Source: Gammaproteobacteria bacterium | GTDB taxonomy: Bacteria > Pseudomonadota > Gammaproteobacteria > Ga0077536 | Length of the DNA: 64,000 nt | Reading direction: 5' to 3' | Assembly: GCA_016191285.1 (NCBI GenBank) | Contig: JACPPA010000036.1 | Coordinates: 17,788 to 81,787, forward strand | Program-made: the position numbers and the translations under genes | Notes under the pieces: generated by a model | Told to the model about the DNA's origin: nothing | The model's database searches: none | What the model saw: the letters and a program-made list of their open reading frames with translations, nothing else | Part shown: positions 30,697 through 39,438 of the stretch, one piece after another | Position numbering within the stretch: the stretch's first letter is position 1 | Layout: the number at the start of each line of letters is the position of its first letter

Positions 30697-32340
30697 TTAG
30701 CTCAGGCTACCCAGCTCATCGGCGAGCTTCCGCAATTTGTATTTTTGGATCTTGCCGGTCGCGGTTTTCGGCAGCTCTTGAAACACGATCGTTTTGGGCG
30801 CTTTGAAATGCGCGATGTGTTCGCGGCAGTATTTGATCAACGCCTCGGCGCTGACGGCCGGCGCATCCGCTTTGAGCCATACGAAGGCGCACGGCGTCTC
30901 GCCCCATTTGGTGTCGGGACGCGCGACCACCGCGGCTTCCAACACCGCTGGATGGCGGTAGAGCACTTCCTCGACTTCGATCGATGAAATGTTCTCGCCG
31001 CCGGAAATGATGATGTCCTTCGAGCGATCTTTAATCTGAATATAGTTTTCGGGATGCATGACGCCGAGATCGCCGGAATGAAACCAGCCGCCGCTTAACG
31101 ATTCCGCGGTGGCCTTGGCGTTCTTTAAGTAGCCGCGCATCACCACATTGCCTTTGAACATGACTTCGCCGGTGGTCTCGCCATCGCGCGGTACCGGTTG
31201 CATCGTGTCCGGGTCCATCACCTCGAGATCTTCGAGCACTGGATAACGCACCCCCTGGCGGATTTTGAGCGCGGCGCGTTGCTCGCGGCTCAATTGCGAC
31301 CAACTCTCTTGCACGGCGCCTAATACCGCGGGGCCATAGGTCTCGGTGAGCCCGTAGGTGTGAGTAACCCGGAACCCCGCGTCTTCCATCGCATCCAGAA
31401 TCGCAGCCGGCGGCGCCGCGCCCGCCGTCATCACCTGGACCTCGCGTGGCAGTAGACGTTTGTCGCTGGCGGCGGCATTGACGACCAAGTTCAAGACGAT
31501 CGGCGCGCCGCAGAAATGCGTAACGTGTTCGAGGGCGATGGCTTGATAGATATTCGCGGCACCGATCCGGCGGAGGCATATATTCGTGCCGCCTTGCATC
31601 GCCAAGGTCCACGGAAAACACCAGCCGCAGCAATGGAACATCGGCAGGGTCCACAAATACACCGGATTGAGCGGCATGCTCCAACTGACGGCATTGCTCA
31701 TGGCGTTCAAATACGCGCCACGGTGGTGATAGACCACGCCTTTGGGATTACCGGTGGTGCCCGAGGTGTAGCACAGCGCCACGGCCTGCCATTCATCGCG
31801 CGGTAACTCCCACGGTGACTCTGGATCGCCTGCCGCCAGCAAATCTTCGTACTCGAGTGTGCCGAGTCGTTCGTGACACGGCGCGCTGATATCGGCGATG
31901 TCGATGACAAGCGGCCGCACCTGGCACTTGCTGAGCGCCTCGCGCACCACGGGCGCGAATTCGGTGTCGGTGAGCAGCACCTTCGCCTCGCCGTGATCGA
32001 GAATGAAGGCGATCGCGTCCGCGTCCAGTCGAATATTGATGGGGTTTAACACCGCGCCGGTTGCGGGTACGCCAAACAACGCTTCGTAGAACGCCGGGAT
32101 ATTGGTCGCGATGATGGCGACGGTATCGCCCAGCCCGACGCCGCGCTGCTTCAACGCCGAGCATAGGCGGCGGCAACGCGCGAAGGTCTCGCGCCAGGTG
32201 CGCCGCTCAGCGTGGTGCACGACGGCGATTCGATCGGGATAAACCGACGCCGCGCGTTCGATGAAGGACAGCGGCGACAGTGGCGTGTAGTTGGCCGCGC
32301 ACCGCGCCAACTCCTGTTCGTATTGATTCACGGCTGACAT
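30697..32340 (-). CDS. acyl-CoA synthetase (AMP-forming)
   Basis: YTSGTTGNPKG, YGLTETYGP, DRSKDIIISGGENI, LPKTATGK. Confidence 0.93.
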   Translation of the reverse strand: MSAVNQYEQELARCAANYTPLSPLSFIERAASVYPDRIAVVHHAERRTWRETFARCRRLCSALKQRGVGLGDTVAIIATNIPAFYEALFGVPATGAVLNPINIRLDADAIAFILDHGEAKVLLTDTEFAPVVREALSKCQVRPLVIDIADISAPCHERLGTLEYEDLLAAGDPESPWELPRDEWQAVALCYTSGTTGNPKGVVYHHRGAYLNAMSNAVSWSMPLNPVYLWTLPMFHCCGWCFPWTLAMQGGTNICLRRIGAANIYQAIALEHVTHFCGAPIVLNLVVNAAASDKRLLPREVQVMTAGAAPPAAILDAMEDAGFRVTHTYGLTETYGPAVLGAVQESWSQLSREQRAALKIRQGVRYPVLEDLEVMDPDTMQPVPRDGETTGEVMFKGNVVMRGYLKNAKATAESLSGGWFHSGDLGVMHPENYIQIKDRSKDIIISGGENISSIEVEEVLYRHPAVLEAAVVARPDTKWGETPCAFVWLKADAPAVSAEALIKYCREHIAHFKAPKTIVFQELPKTATGKIQKYKLRKLADELGSLS

Positions 32341-32348
32341 GCGTATCC

Positions 32349-33149
32349 TTAACTAAAGCGCGGCTCGCGTTTCTCAAAAAAAGCATTCAAGCCTTCTAAT
32401 CCATCGTCGGCGAGCAGATTTTGCACGAGGTCGGCGGCGGCACAACGATAGGCGCCATCGAGCGGCTGATTGGCCTGCGCATAAAAGGATGCCTTGCCAA
32501 GCTTCATCGCGTAGCTCGACTTGCGCGCGAGCTTGGTGGCCAGGGCTGTCACTTCGGCATCGAGCTTGGCATCGTCGAGCGCATGATTGATCAGGCCGAT
32601 CCCGGCTGCGGTGTCGGCGTCGACGAAATCGCCGGTAAAGAGCATTTCCAAGGCGTACTTGCGCGCCACGGTGCGCGACAGGGCCACCGCCGGCGTGGCG
32701 CAAAATAAGCCGTAGTTAATTCCCGAAGTGGCAAAGCGCGCACTGCGTGCCGCGAGCGCCAGATCGCAACTCGCAACGAGTTGACAACCCGCCGCAGTCG
32801 CGATCCCCTGCACCTTGGCAATGACGGGCTGGGGCAGCGTAACCACCGCTTGCATCATGCGCGAGCAATCGCCGAGCAATTTGTCGAGAAACTCGCGGTT
32901 GTGATTAGCGCGCATTTCTTTAAGGTCATGACCCGTACAAAACGCCCGCCCCGTACTCGCGAGCACCACCACGCGCACGTTGGAATCGTCGGCGAGTTCG
33001 GCAAAAGCCTGCAACAGCGCCTCGATCATTTCGGCGGTCAGCGTGTTAAAGCGCTCCGGCCGGTTCAGCGTGAGTGTGGCGATCCCGTGCGCGATGTCGC
33101 ACAGGAGTGGTGGGTTATCCGAATGGGCGGTGGTGGCGGTCGCGAGCAT
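32349..33149 (-). CDS. enoyl-CoA hydratase/crotonase family protein
   Basis: FCTGHDLKE, ATAAGCQLVASCD. Confidence 0.92.
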   Translation of the reverse strand: MLATATTAHSDNPPLLCDIAHGIATLTLNRPERFNTLTAEMIEALLQAFAELADDSNVRVVVLASTGRAFCTGHDLKEMRANHNREFLDKLLGDCSRMMQAVVTLPQPVIAKVQGIATAAGCQLVASCDLALAARSARFATSGINYGLFCATPAVALSRTVARKYALEMLFTGDFVDADTAAGIGLINHALDDAKLDAEVTALATKLARKSSYAMKLGKASFYAQANQPLDGAYRCAAADLVQNLLADDGLEGLNAFFEKREPRFS

Positions 33150-33200
33150 GATTGCGGTCTCAGGTTTGAGCGTTAATGGGACAGTAGGGCCGCATCCGAT

Positions 33201-34163
33201 CTAGGTCAAGACGCCGCGGGCGCGGAGTTCGCCGCCGAGCAGATCCACCCAGGCGCCATGGTGGTGGCACAGATACGCCACGACCTGTCCGTGTCGCTCG
33301 CGGGTGGCCAGTACACTTAACCGTGAGTGTAAAAAATCGAAGGCGGTCGTTGCCTCGGTCAGTGGGTGCCGCGGGGCATCGCGACGTGCGACGGCCGCCA
33401 CCTGTTCGAGGCCCGTGTCGTAATACACCGCATCGGCGGTATAGAGCGCGCGCAGCGCGCCCAACGTCAATAGATCGGGATCGGATTTCGCGAGCGCGAT
33501 CAGGATTACCCGCGCCTGCGGAATCAGGCGCGGCGCCTCCGCCAGGGCGTTCGCGAATAGCTTTTCGGCGCCCGAGTCGTCTCCACCGAGCACGCAGTCT
33601 GCGATCTCACCACGCAGGACGTTCAACCAAAACTTGCGACGAGTCGCGAGATCGGGGTGGCGCGCTTTCACTGCATGACGATGGTTTAACGCGAAACGCG
33701 CTAACGCACCTAGGCGCGGCGCCAAAAACGTTTCGAGCTGCGCACGAAGTTCGGTCGCGAGCACCGGCGAAGCGCCGCCGGTCGAGATCGCGACGATTAC
33801 TGGCGAGCGATCGACAATCGCGGGCATGACGCAATTCGAGCGTACTGCGTCGTCCACCACATTAACGAAAATCTGCGCGGCTTGGGCTGCCGCCGCGACC
33901 GCGGCATTGGTGGTGGAATCGTTGGTTGCGGCAATCACCAGGCGCTGGCCGTGCACGTCATCGGGCGTAAACCGCGCTGCTTTCCACATCACGTCGCCGG
34001 CGTGAACGGCGCTCGTCAATTCAGCGCAAACCTCGGGCGCGACGAGCGTGATGGAGGCGCCAGCCGCGCGCAATAACGTGATTTTGCGCGCCGCGACTTC
34101 GCCACCGCCGACGACCAGCACGGGTACCTCCTGGAGACTAACGAATAGCGGGAGGTAGTCCAT
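33201..34163 (-). CDS. CysG-like precorrin-2 dehydrogenase/ferrochelatase with degenerate methyltransferase remnant
   Basis: MDYLPLF, VGGGEVA, VNVVDD, ISTGGASPVL; only 320 aa. Confidence 0.85.
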   Translation of the reverse strand: MDYLPLFVSLQEVPVLVVGGGEVAARKITLLRAAGASITLVAPEVCAELTSAVHAGDVMWKAARFTPDDVHGQRLVIAATNDSTTNAAVAAAAQAAQIFVNVVDDAVRSNCVMPAIVDRSPVIVAISTGGASPVLATELRAQLETFLAPRLGALARFALNHRHAVKARHPDLATRRKFWLNVLRGEIADCVLGGDDSGAEKLFANALAEAPRLIPQARVILIALAKSDPDLLTLGALRALYTADAVYYDTGLEQVAAVARRDAPRHPLTEATTAFDFLHSRLSVLATRERHGQVVAYLCHHHGAWVDLLGGELRARGVLT

Positions 34164-34243
34164 GGGTGATCCCGTGAGCCGGTGAACCGTGGATTATGAG
34201 TGCCTTGATGCCGCTACTCAATGTTGCTGGAACGTTCGGAAGA

Positions 34244-34572
34244 TTCGCCGCTAAAGCGGCGCCCACGGAAGTCAGGCGAGATGAGTGTGAAAGCCGCTTT
34301 AGCGGCGAGTCTTTGCTGCGCCAATACTCAATTCGCGGCTAAGGAACCTCTGAATAAGTCCATCCTGGACTTATTCAGAGTGCGGGAAGCAAAAAGTATG
34401 ATTTTTGCTTCCCTTCATTTTCAATGGTTTGCAACCATCGAAAATGGCGGCACCTCCCTGTGCCGCGGGAAGCTCTGCCTTTTGCAGAGCTTCCCTAAAG
34501 CTGCTCCCACAGTTTGGGATTTGGTTAAATTCGCTCCCACAGGGACTGGGTGGGAGCCGCTTTAGCGGCGAA
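34244..34572. repeat. REP cluster interrupted by a MITE
   Basis: several GTGGGAGC(C/G)GCTTTAGC-type palindromes in both orientations. Confidence 0.8.
34343..34494 (+). mobile_element. full-length 152-bp IS5-type MITE with CTAA target duplication
   Basis: ends GGAACCTCTGAATAA and TTTTGCAGAGCTTCC; CTAA at 34339-34342 and 34495-34498; removing it restores an intact REP. Confidence 0.88.
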
Positions 34573-34588
34573 TGTTCCGAGAACCGGA

Positions 34589-35788
34589 TTACTCGGCGCG
34601 AAGCGCCTCGACGGGGTCGAGGCGCGCCGCGCGCACCGCCGGCGCGAGGCCGGCGGTAATGCCGATCACAACGGCAAAACCCAACGCTGCGCCGGCGTAC
34701 GGCCAGGCCACTTGGACCGGGATCGTGGGCGCAATGGTGCGAAGTAATGTCACTGCGCCGACCGCCAACACGACTCCTGCCGCGCCGCCGATCGCGCCAA
34801 GTGCGGCCGCCTCAAGCAGGAAGCAGCGCAAAATGTCGCCGTGGGTAGCGCCCAACGCGCGCAGCAAGCCCACTTCGCCAACGCGCTCGGTCAACGCAAT
34901 GGTCATGATCGTCGCGATTCCCACCGCGCCGACCACGAGCGATATTCCGCCCAGGGCGGCGACGCCGGCCGTCAGTACCGTCAAAATTGAACCCATGACT
35001 TCGAGCATTTTGTCTTGCGCCGTTAACGAGAAATCTTCCTGCCCATGCCGTGCGATCAATAGCCGTTTGATCTCCGCCGACACATGAGCGGAACTTAAGC
35101 CCGGACGGTACAGCACATCGATTTCATGTACTCCATTGCGATTGAAGAGCGCTGCCGCCTTGCTTACCGGCACGTAGAGCGTGTCGTCCAAATCGAAGCC
35201 CAGGAATTGGCCCTTGGGCTGCATGACCCCGGCCACGCGAAAGCTATCTTCGCCAACCCGGATCCGCGCACCCAGCGGATTGGCACGGCCGAACAACTCG
35301 GTGTAGAGCTTGGCGCCCAGCACCGCGAAGGCTTGCGCGTTGTCGTAATCCTGATTCGGCAGAAAGCGACCGATGGCGAGCGTCATCCGGAACGTGCGCG
35401 GCAGCGCCGCCGAGACCCCAAAAATCATCGTGCGCCGCTTGCGATCGCCAAATTTTACTTGGGCGTTACCCTGAATGACGGGGACGATGCCATCGAGCGA
35501 ACTCAACCGGCTCAAGGCACGGGCATCGTCGATCGACAGCGGACGGTTAGTCGAGATTTGACCGACCGAGCCGCCGAGCGTGCTCGCTTTACCGGGTTGA
35601 ATCGCGATCAGATTGGTGCCGAATTGGGTAAACTCGCCCACCACAAATTGTCGCAGGCCTTCACCCAAGGCCGTTAACAAGACCACGGTCGCGATGCCAA
35701 CGGCAATGCCCAAAATCGTTAACAGCGAACGTTGACGATGCGCGCGCACCGCGCCGATTGAAAACTTAATCAAGTCCGGCACGCGCAT
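34589..35788 (-). CDS. MacB/FtsX-type ABC permease
   Basis: RSLLTILGIAVG, TERVGEVGLLRALGA, PAVRAARLDPVEALR. Confidence 0.92.
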   Translation of the reverse strand: MRVPDLIKFSIGAVRAHRQRSLLTILGIAVGIATVVLLTALGEGLRQFVVGEFTQFGTNLIAIQPGKASTLGGSVGQISTNRPLSIDDARALSRLSSLDGIVPVIQGNAQVKFGDRKRRTMIFGVSAALPRTFRMTLAIGRFLPNQDYDNAQAFAVLGAKLYTELFGRANPLGARIRVGEDSFRVAGVMQPKGQFLGFDLDDTLYVPVSKAAALFNRNGVHEIDVLYRPGLSSAHVSAEIKRLLIARHGQEDFSLTAQDKMLEVMGSILTVLTAGVAALGGISLVVGAVGIATIMTIALTERVGEVGLLRALGATHGDILRCFLLEAAALGAIGGAAGVVLAVGAVTLLRTIAPTIPVQVAWPYAGAALGFAVVIGITAGLAPAVRAARLDPVEALRAE

Positions 35789-35790
35789 CG

Positions 35791-37008
35791 TTAGTGTCCG
35801 CGCGCGGACAGCGCTTGTACGGGATCAAGCTGACTGGCGCGGCGCGCCGGGCCGACGCCGAAAATAATCCCGCAGCCGAGCGAAATGGTGAGCGCGCCAA
35901 GCGCGCCCCACCACGGCACCGCCGCCGGAAAACTGGGGTAGAGCAAGCGCAGTATCAGCGCGCCGCTCATGCCAAGCAAGGTACCGAACGCCGCACCGGC
36001 CACCGTCAGCAACAGGGCTTCGAGTAAAAACAACGTACGGATGTCGCGCGCGGTCGCGCCCAAGGCTTTGAGCAGTCCAATCTCGGACCGGCGCTGCGCG
36101 ATCGCGACCAACATCACATTCATGACCAGGATGCCGGCGACCAGCAAGCTAATGCCCGACACGGCGGCGACCGCGAGCGTGATCGTGCGCAGAATGCGAT
36201 CGAAGGTCGCGACCACACTGTCCTGCGTGACGATGGTGACATCATCCTCGCCTTCGTGCCGCGTTTTGATCACGCGACGGACGGCATTCGCGGCGCGTTC
36301 GATGCCGTGCGAGTCGTGGGTTTCAACGAGGATGCGAAAGAGGCCTTCGGTATTGAACAGGGCTTGGGCGGCGGCGACCGGGAGCAGCACAAGGTCATTG
36401 AAATCATTGCCGAGCGACACCCCGGTATTGTCCAGGATGCCGACTACCCGGCAACGCCGATCGCCGATCCTAAGCCAGGTGCCGAGGGCCGATTGATTAG
36501 CATAGAGTTCGTGGGCAAGGGTCGGACCGAGCACGCAACTCGCATCGACACGTGCGGTGTCCGCGGCCGTCAGGAAGCGGCCGGTCGCCACCACCAGATG
36601 CCGCACCTCAAGCATCGCGGCCGACACGCCCAAGATCGTGGCCTCGCGTTCCTTGCCGCTCGTCACCGACACATTGGCGCTGCCGACGACGATCGGCACC
36701 ACGCGCTGCACGTCGGGTAAGCGCAATAACGCGGCGGCGTCGCTTAACCGTAATTCGCGCGGCGTTTCGCCCATTACCGGCGGTAGGCCGCCGACGGTTT
36801 CATTGCGGCCCGGCAAGACTACCAGAAGGTTGGTCCCGAGCGCGCTGAATTCACCGACCACATACTGGCGTGCGCCATCTCCCAACGCGGTCAACAGCAT
36901 CACGGCGGCGACGCCAATCGTCGTCGCCAAGCCAATCAGCAACGAACGCATGCCCTGGGCGCGCAACGAACCCACGGCGAGCGCCAGCGTATCGTGCAAT
37001 TGCAACAT
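35791..37008 (-). CDS. MacB/FtsX-type ABC permease
   Basis: QRRSEIGLLKALGA, PARRASQLDPVQAL; start may be GTG 37014. Confidence 0.92.
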   Translation of the reverse strand: MLQLHDTLALAVGSLRAQGMRSLLIGLATTIGVAAVMLLTALGDGARQYVVGEFSALGTNLLVVLPGRNETVGGLPPVMGETPRELRLSDAAALLRLPDVQRVVPIVVGSANVSVTSGKEREATILGVSAAMLEVRHLVVATGRFLTAADTARVDASCVLGPTLAHELYANQSALGTWLRIGDRRCRVVGILDNTGVSLGNDFNDLVLLPVAAAQALFNTEGLFRILVETHDSHGIERAANAVRRVIKTRHEGEDDVTIVTQDSVVATFDRILRTITLAVAAVSGISLLVAGILVMNVMLVAIAQRRSEIGLLKALGATARDIRTLFLLEALLLTVAGAAFGTLLGMSGALILRLLYPSFPAAVPWWGALGALTISLGCGIIFGVGPARRASQLDPVQALSARGH

Positions 37009-37103
37009 GGCCACATTCTACGATCACCATGGTTGCATTGGAGTGCCGACTTCGGACATTCTGCACACGCCCCACGCCCGCCGCGGCCAAACGAGAGCAA
37101 CGC

Positions 37104-37853
37104 ATGGCAAAACTCTATGGTGACACCGACAAGTTCGGTGAGCAGAATTCCACGCCCGTGGTGGAAGCCTTTCATACCGCGGTGAGAGATCTGGTACGCC
37201 GGAAATTCGTTGAGTCCGGACAATCATGGTCCGAATTTGTATTCGGCGCGGCCCAGCAAGTCATCACGCAATCCGAGTTCGCGGCGATCGATGCACGCTT
37301 GCTCGACTATGGACATCGCTATGTGTGGTCCGCCGTGGTCTCACAAGAAGAACGCCCGGAAGCCTATCTCCCGGGTCAGACCGCCGGCGAGGATTTGAGC
37401 AATTTCAGTTTTGAACATCCCGATGCGATCACGGCCCTGCCGGACGCGCAAGGACTCGAGTTGCGTGGCGTCGGCGACAACGTGGTCAAGTACGCAACGG
37501 ATTTGATCGGCACCGCGCGCTATGTGCGATCGAGCGCAACGGTGCTGGCGTATCTCAATAGCGGTGTGCCACCAGGAACCATCGCCGTGATCGACGATTC
37601 AGGCGGCACCCTGACCGCACCCATCCTCGAACAGTTCACTGGCGTGCTCTGCGCTGGCGGCACGGTGCGGTCTCACTTGGGGATATTGACGCGCGAATAC
37701 GGCATCCCGTGTTTTATGAATGCGAGAATATCGGGCCTTAAAGAAGGCGATACCGTGCGCCTGGAAACGACAGCCGTGGCCAAAACCGCCGAGGCGTATC
37801 AAAAAGGCGTGGAGATGACGGGTCGCGTGTGGCGGGTGAATAAGCCAGCATGA
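37104..37853 (+). CDS. stand-alone PEP-utilising enzyme mobile (phospho-His swivel) domain protein with an unknown N-terminal half
   Basis: GVLCAGGTVRSHLGILTREYGIPC..LKEGDTVRL matches the swivel-domain consensus GGxxSHxAIxARExGIP. Confidence 0.8.
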   Translation: MAKLYGDTDKFGEQNSTPVVEAFHTAVRDLVRRKFVESGQSWSEFVFGAAQQVITQSEFAAIDARLLDYGHRYVWSAVVSQEERPEAYLPGQTAGEDLSNFSFEHPDAITALPDAQGLELRGVGDNVVKYATDLIGTARYVRSSATVLAYLNSGVPPGTIAVIDDSGGTLTAPILEQFTGVLCAGGTVRSHLGILTREYGIPCFMNARISGLKEGDTVRLETTAVAKTAEAYQKGVEMTGRVWRVNKPA

Positions 37854-39397
37854 ACCTTACCTACGCACAATTGCTCGAAACCAATAATCTCATTCAGCAG
37901 AACACCGACGAGACGTATTGGCTGTGTCTGACGCGCACCGTGCAAGAGTCAAAACTTTTTCCCGTATCGCCGTACATGATTTTGTCGTACTTCATGGCGT
38001 TTTATCGCTATCCCACCTTGCTGCGTAAGATCGAAACGCACATGCGGGCCGAGGAAATCGGCGATCGCGTGCGCAGTCGCGGTATCAAATGTCAGAATCC
38101 CGCCATGGGTTGGGGATTGCCGAATTTTTATCTGCTCGGACGTCAATATCTGATCTCGATGGGGCTTATCCGGCCGCAAGACGCGGTTGACGACATCATC
38201 TATGTGCTCGATTTCTGGAAGCGCTTTCAACTGGCCTGGCACCGCAACGATGCGCATATGACCAATCGCGAATTCGGGCATCGGGCGCAAATTCTGCCCG
38301 AGCGCCGCTTGCAAATCTTTCACGCGGATATGTATGACTGCGCCGAAGGCGACCCGCTGCACACCGCGGCGCAGGCCTTCATGGCGGCGACCTCGCAGTA
38401 TGGGTTTCTGGTGTCCTGCGAGAGTCGAATCGCCTTGCATAACCAAGGACCGTACAAGCTCGATGACGAGCGCGAAATGATCGTGCGCGATTTCATGGAT
38501 CTCGCCGAAGGCGACTATCCGTGGCTCGATGGCGTGGCGGCCGACGTGCCCTACAACAACCTGACCGTGCCGATGGCGGTCAAGGGCTGTCACTTCAATA
38601 TCATCGACGACTGGGGCTCGTTCGAGTCGCAACCCGAATTCAAATCGCATCACATGGTCGGCGTCGGACTTTATACCTCGGATTGTCTGTCTGACACTTA
38701 CCTGCCCGTGGGTATGGAGAGTCGCGAGGAGCTGACGCATACCTTCGAAATGCTGACCCAGAAAGCCAAGGACGCCACCGGCCGCCTGTGGAAACGGATC
38801 GCGGGCTGGACCCGCGATCAAATGATCGACGCGGGCGCCATCGTCTACTTCAGTATCTGCAAGGACATCGCGCACGTCGCGGGTTGCTATGACAGTGCGG
38901 ATTGGATGCTCATCGATGAGCGCGCCGAGCGTTTTCGGCCGTTGCTCAATGACGAATACGGCAACCTGTCGTTATACGAGATCCTGGGACCGCTATCTCA
39001 TCCGGCACAGCGCGGACACGACTATCAATTGGCGCAGCACGCGAATATTCCGGCGAATACTTATTCGCTGATCCCGTATTCGATTTTGGACGATGCCGAT
39101 TACACGCGAACCTGCGGCGAGCTCAAGCCTGGAATTACTTATCTTGAACCCAAACAAGATCGCTATCGCACGACGCAGGGTGTGTTGTCGCTCGCCGAGT
39201 ACAACCGGCGGGTTAAAGCCTTCACACCCTCCTTGTGTGGCGAAAAATATCGCTATAAATGCGAGAGCTGGCTTAAATACCATCACGACACGCCGCTCGC
39301 CGACGAGATGTATCGAATCGAACAGGTCGCCTCGCGGCGGCTCAAAGATTGCGGCGCCGGATTGAAACGCGCGGATATTGAAAAACTCCGCGATTGA
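37850..39397 (+). CDS. hypothetical soluble protein, 515 aa
   Basis: long ORF with ATGA overlap to the swivel-domain gene; no family recognised. Confidence 0.85.
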   Translation: MNLTYAQLLETNNLIQQNTDETYWLCLTRTVQESKLFPVSPYMILSYFMAFYRYPTLLRKIETHMRAEEIGDRVRSRGIKCQNPAMGWGLPNFYLLGRQYLISMGLIRPQDAVDDIIYVLDFWKRFQLAWHRNDAHMTNREFGHRAQILPERRLQIFHADMYDCAEGDPLHTAAQAFMAATSQYGFLVSCESRIALHNQGPYKLDDEREMIVRDFMDLAEGDYPWLDGVAADVPYNNLTVPMAVKGCHFNIIDDWGSFESQPEFKSHHMVGVGLYTSDCLSDTYLPVGMESREELTHTFEMLTQKAKDATGRLWKRIAGWTRDQMIDAGAIVYFSICKDIAHVAGCYDSADWMLIDERAERFRPLLNDEYGNLSLYEILGPLSHPAQRGHDYQLAQHANIPANTYSLIPYSILDDADYTRTCGELKPGITYLEPKQDRYRTTQGVLSLAEYNRRVKAFTPSLCGEKYRYKCESWLKYHHDTPLADEMYRIEQVASRRLKDCGAGLKRADIEKLRD

Positions 39398-39438
39398 CTT
39401 CTCGCGCCGGGCGCGACTAGCACTGGATACGTCAACTC

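Noticed and set aside
34221-34659. Near-identical peptide ORFs at 14621/14712 and 34221/34405 (EPLNKSILDLFRVREAK...)
   Set aside because: They are translations of the repeated MITE, not a duplicated small gene.
37949-38875. Long antisense ORFs (308 aa here; 317 aa at 58844-59797)
   Set aside because: Shadow ORFs expected from high-GC codon bias opposite real genes.
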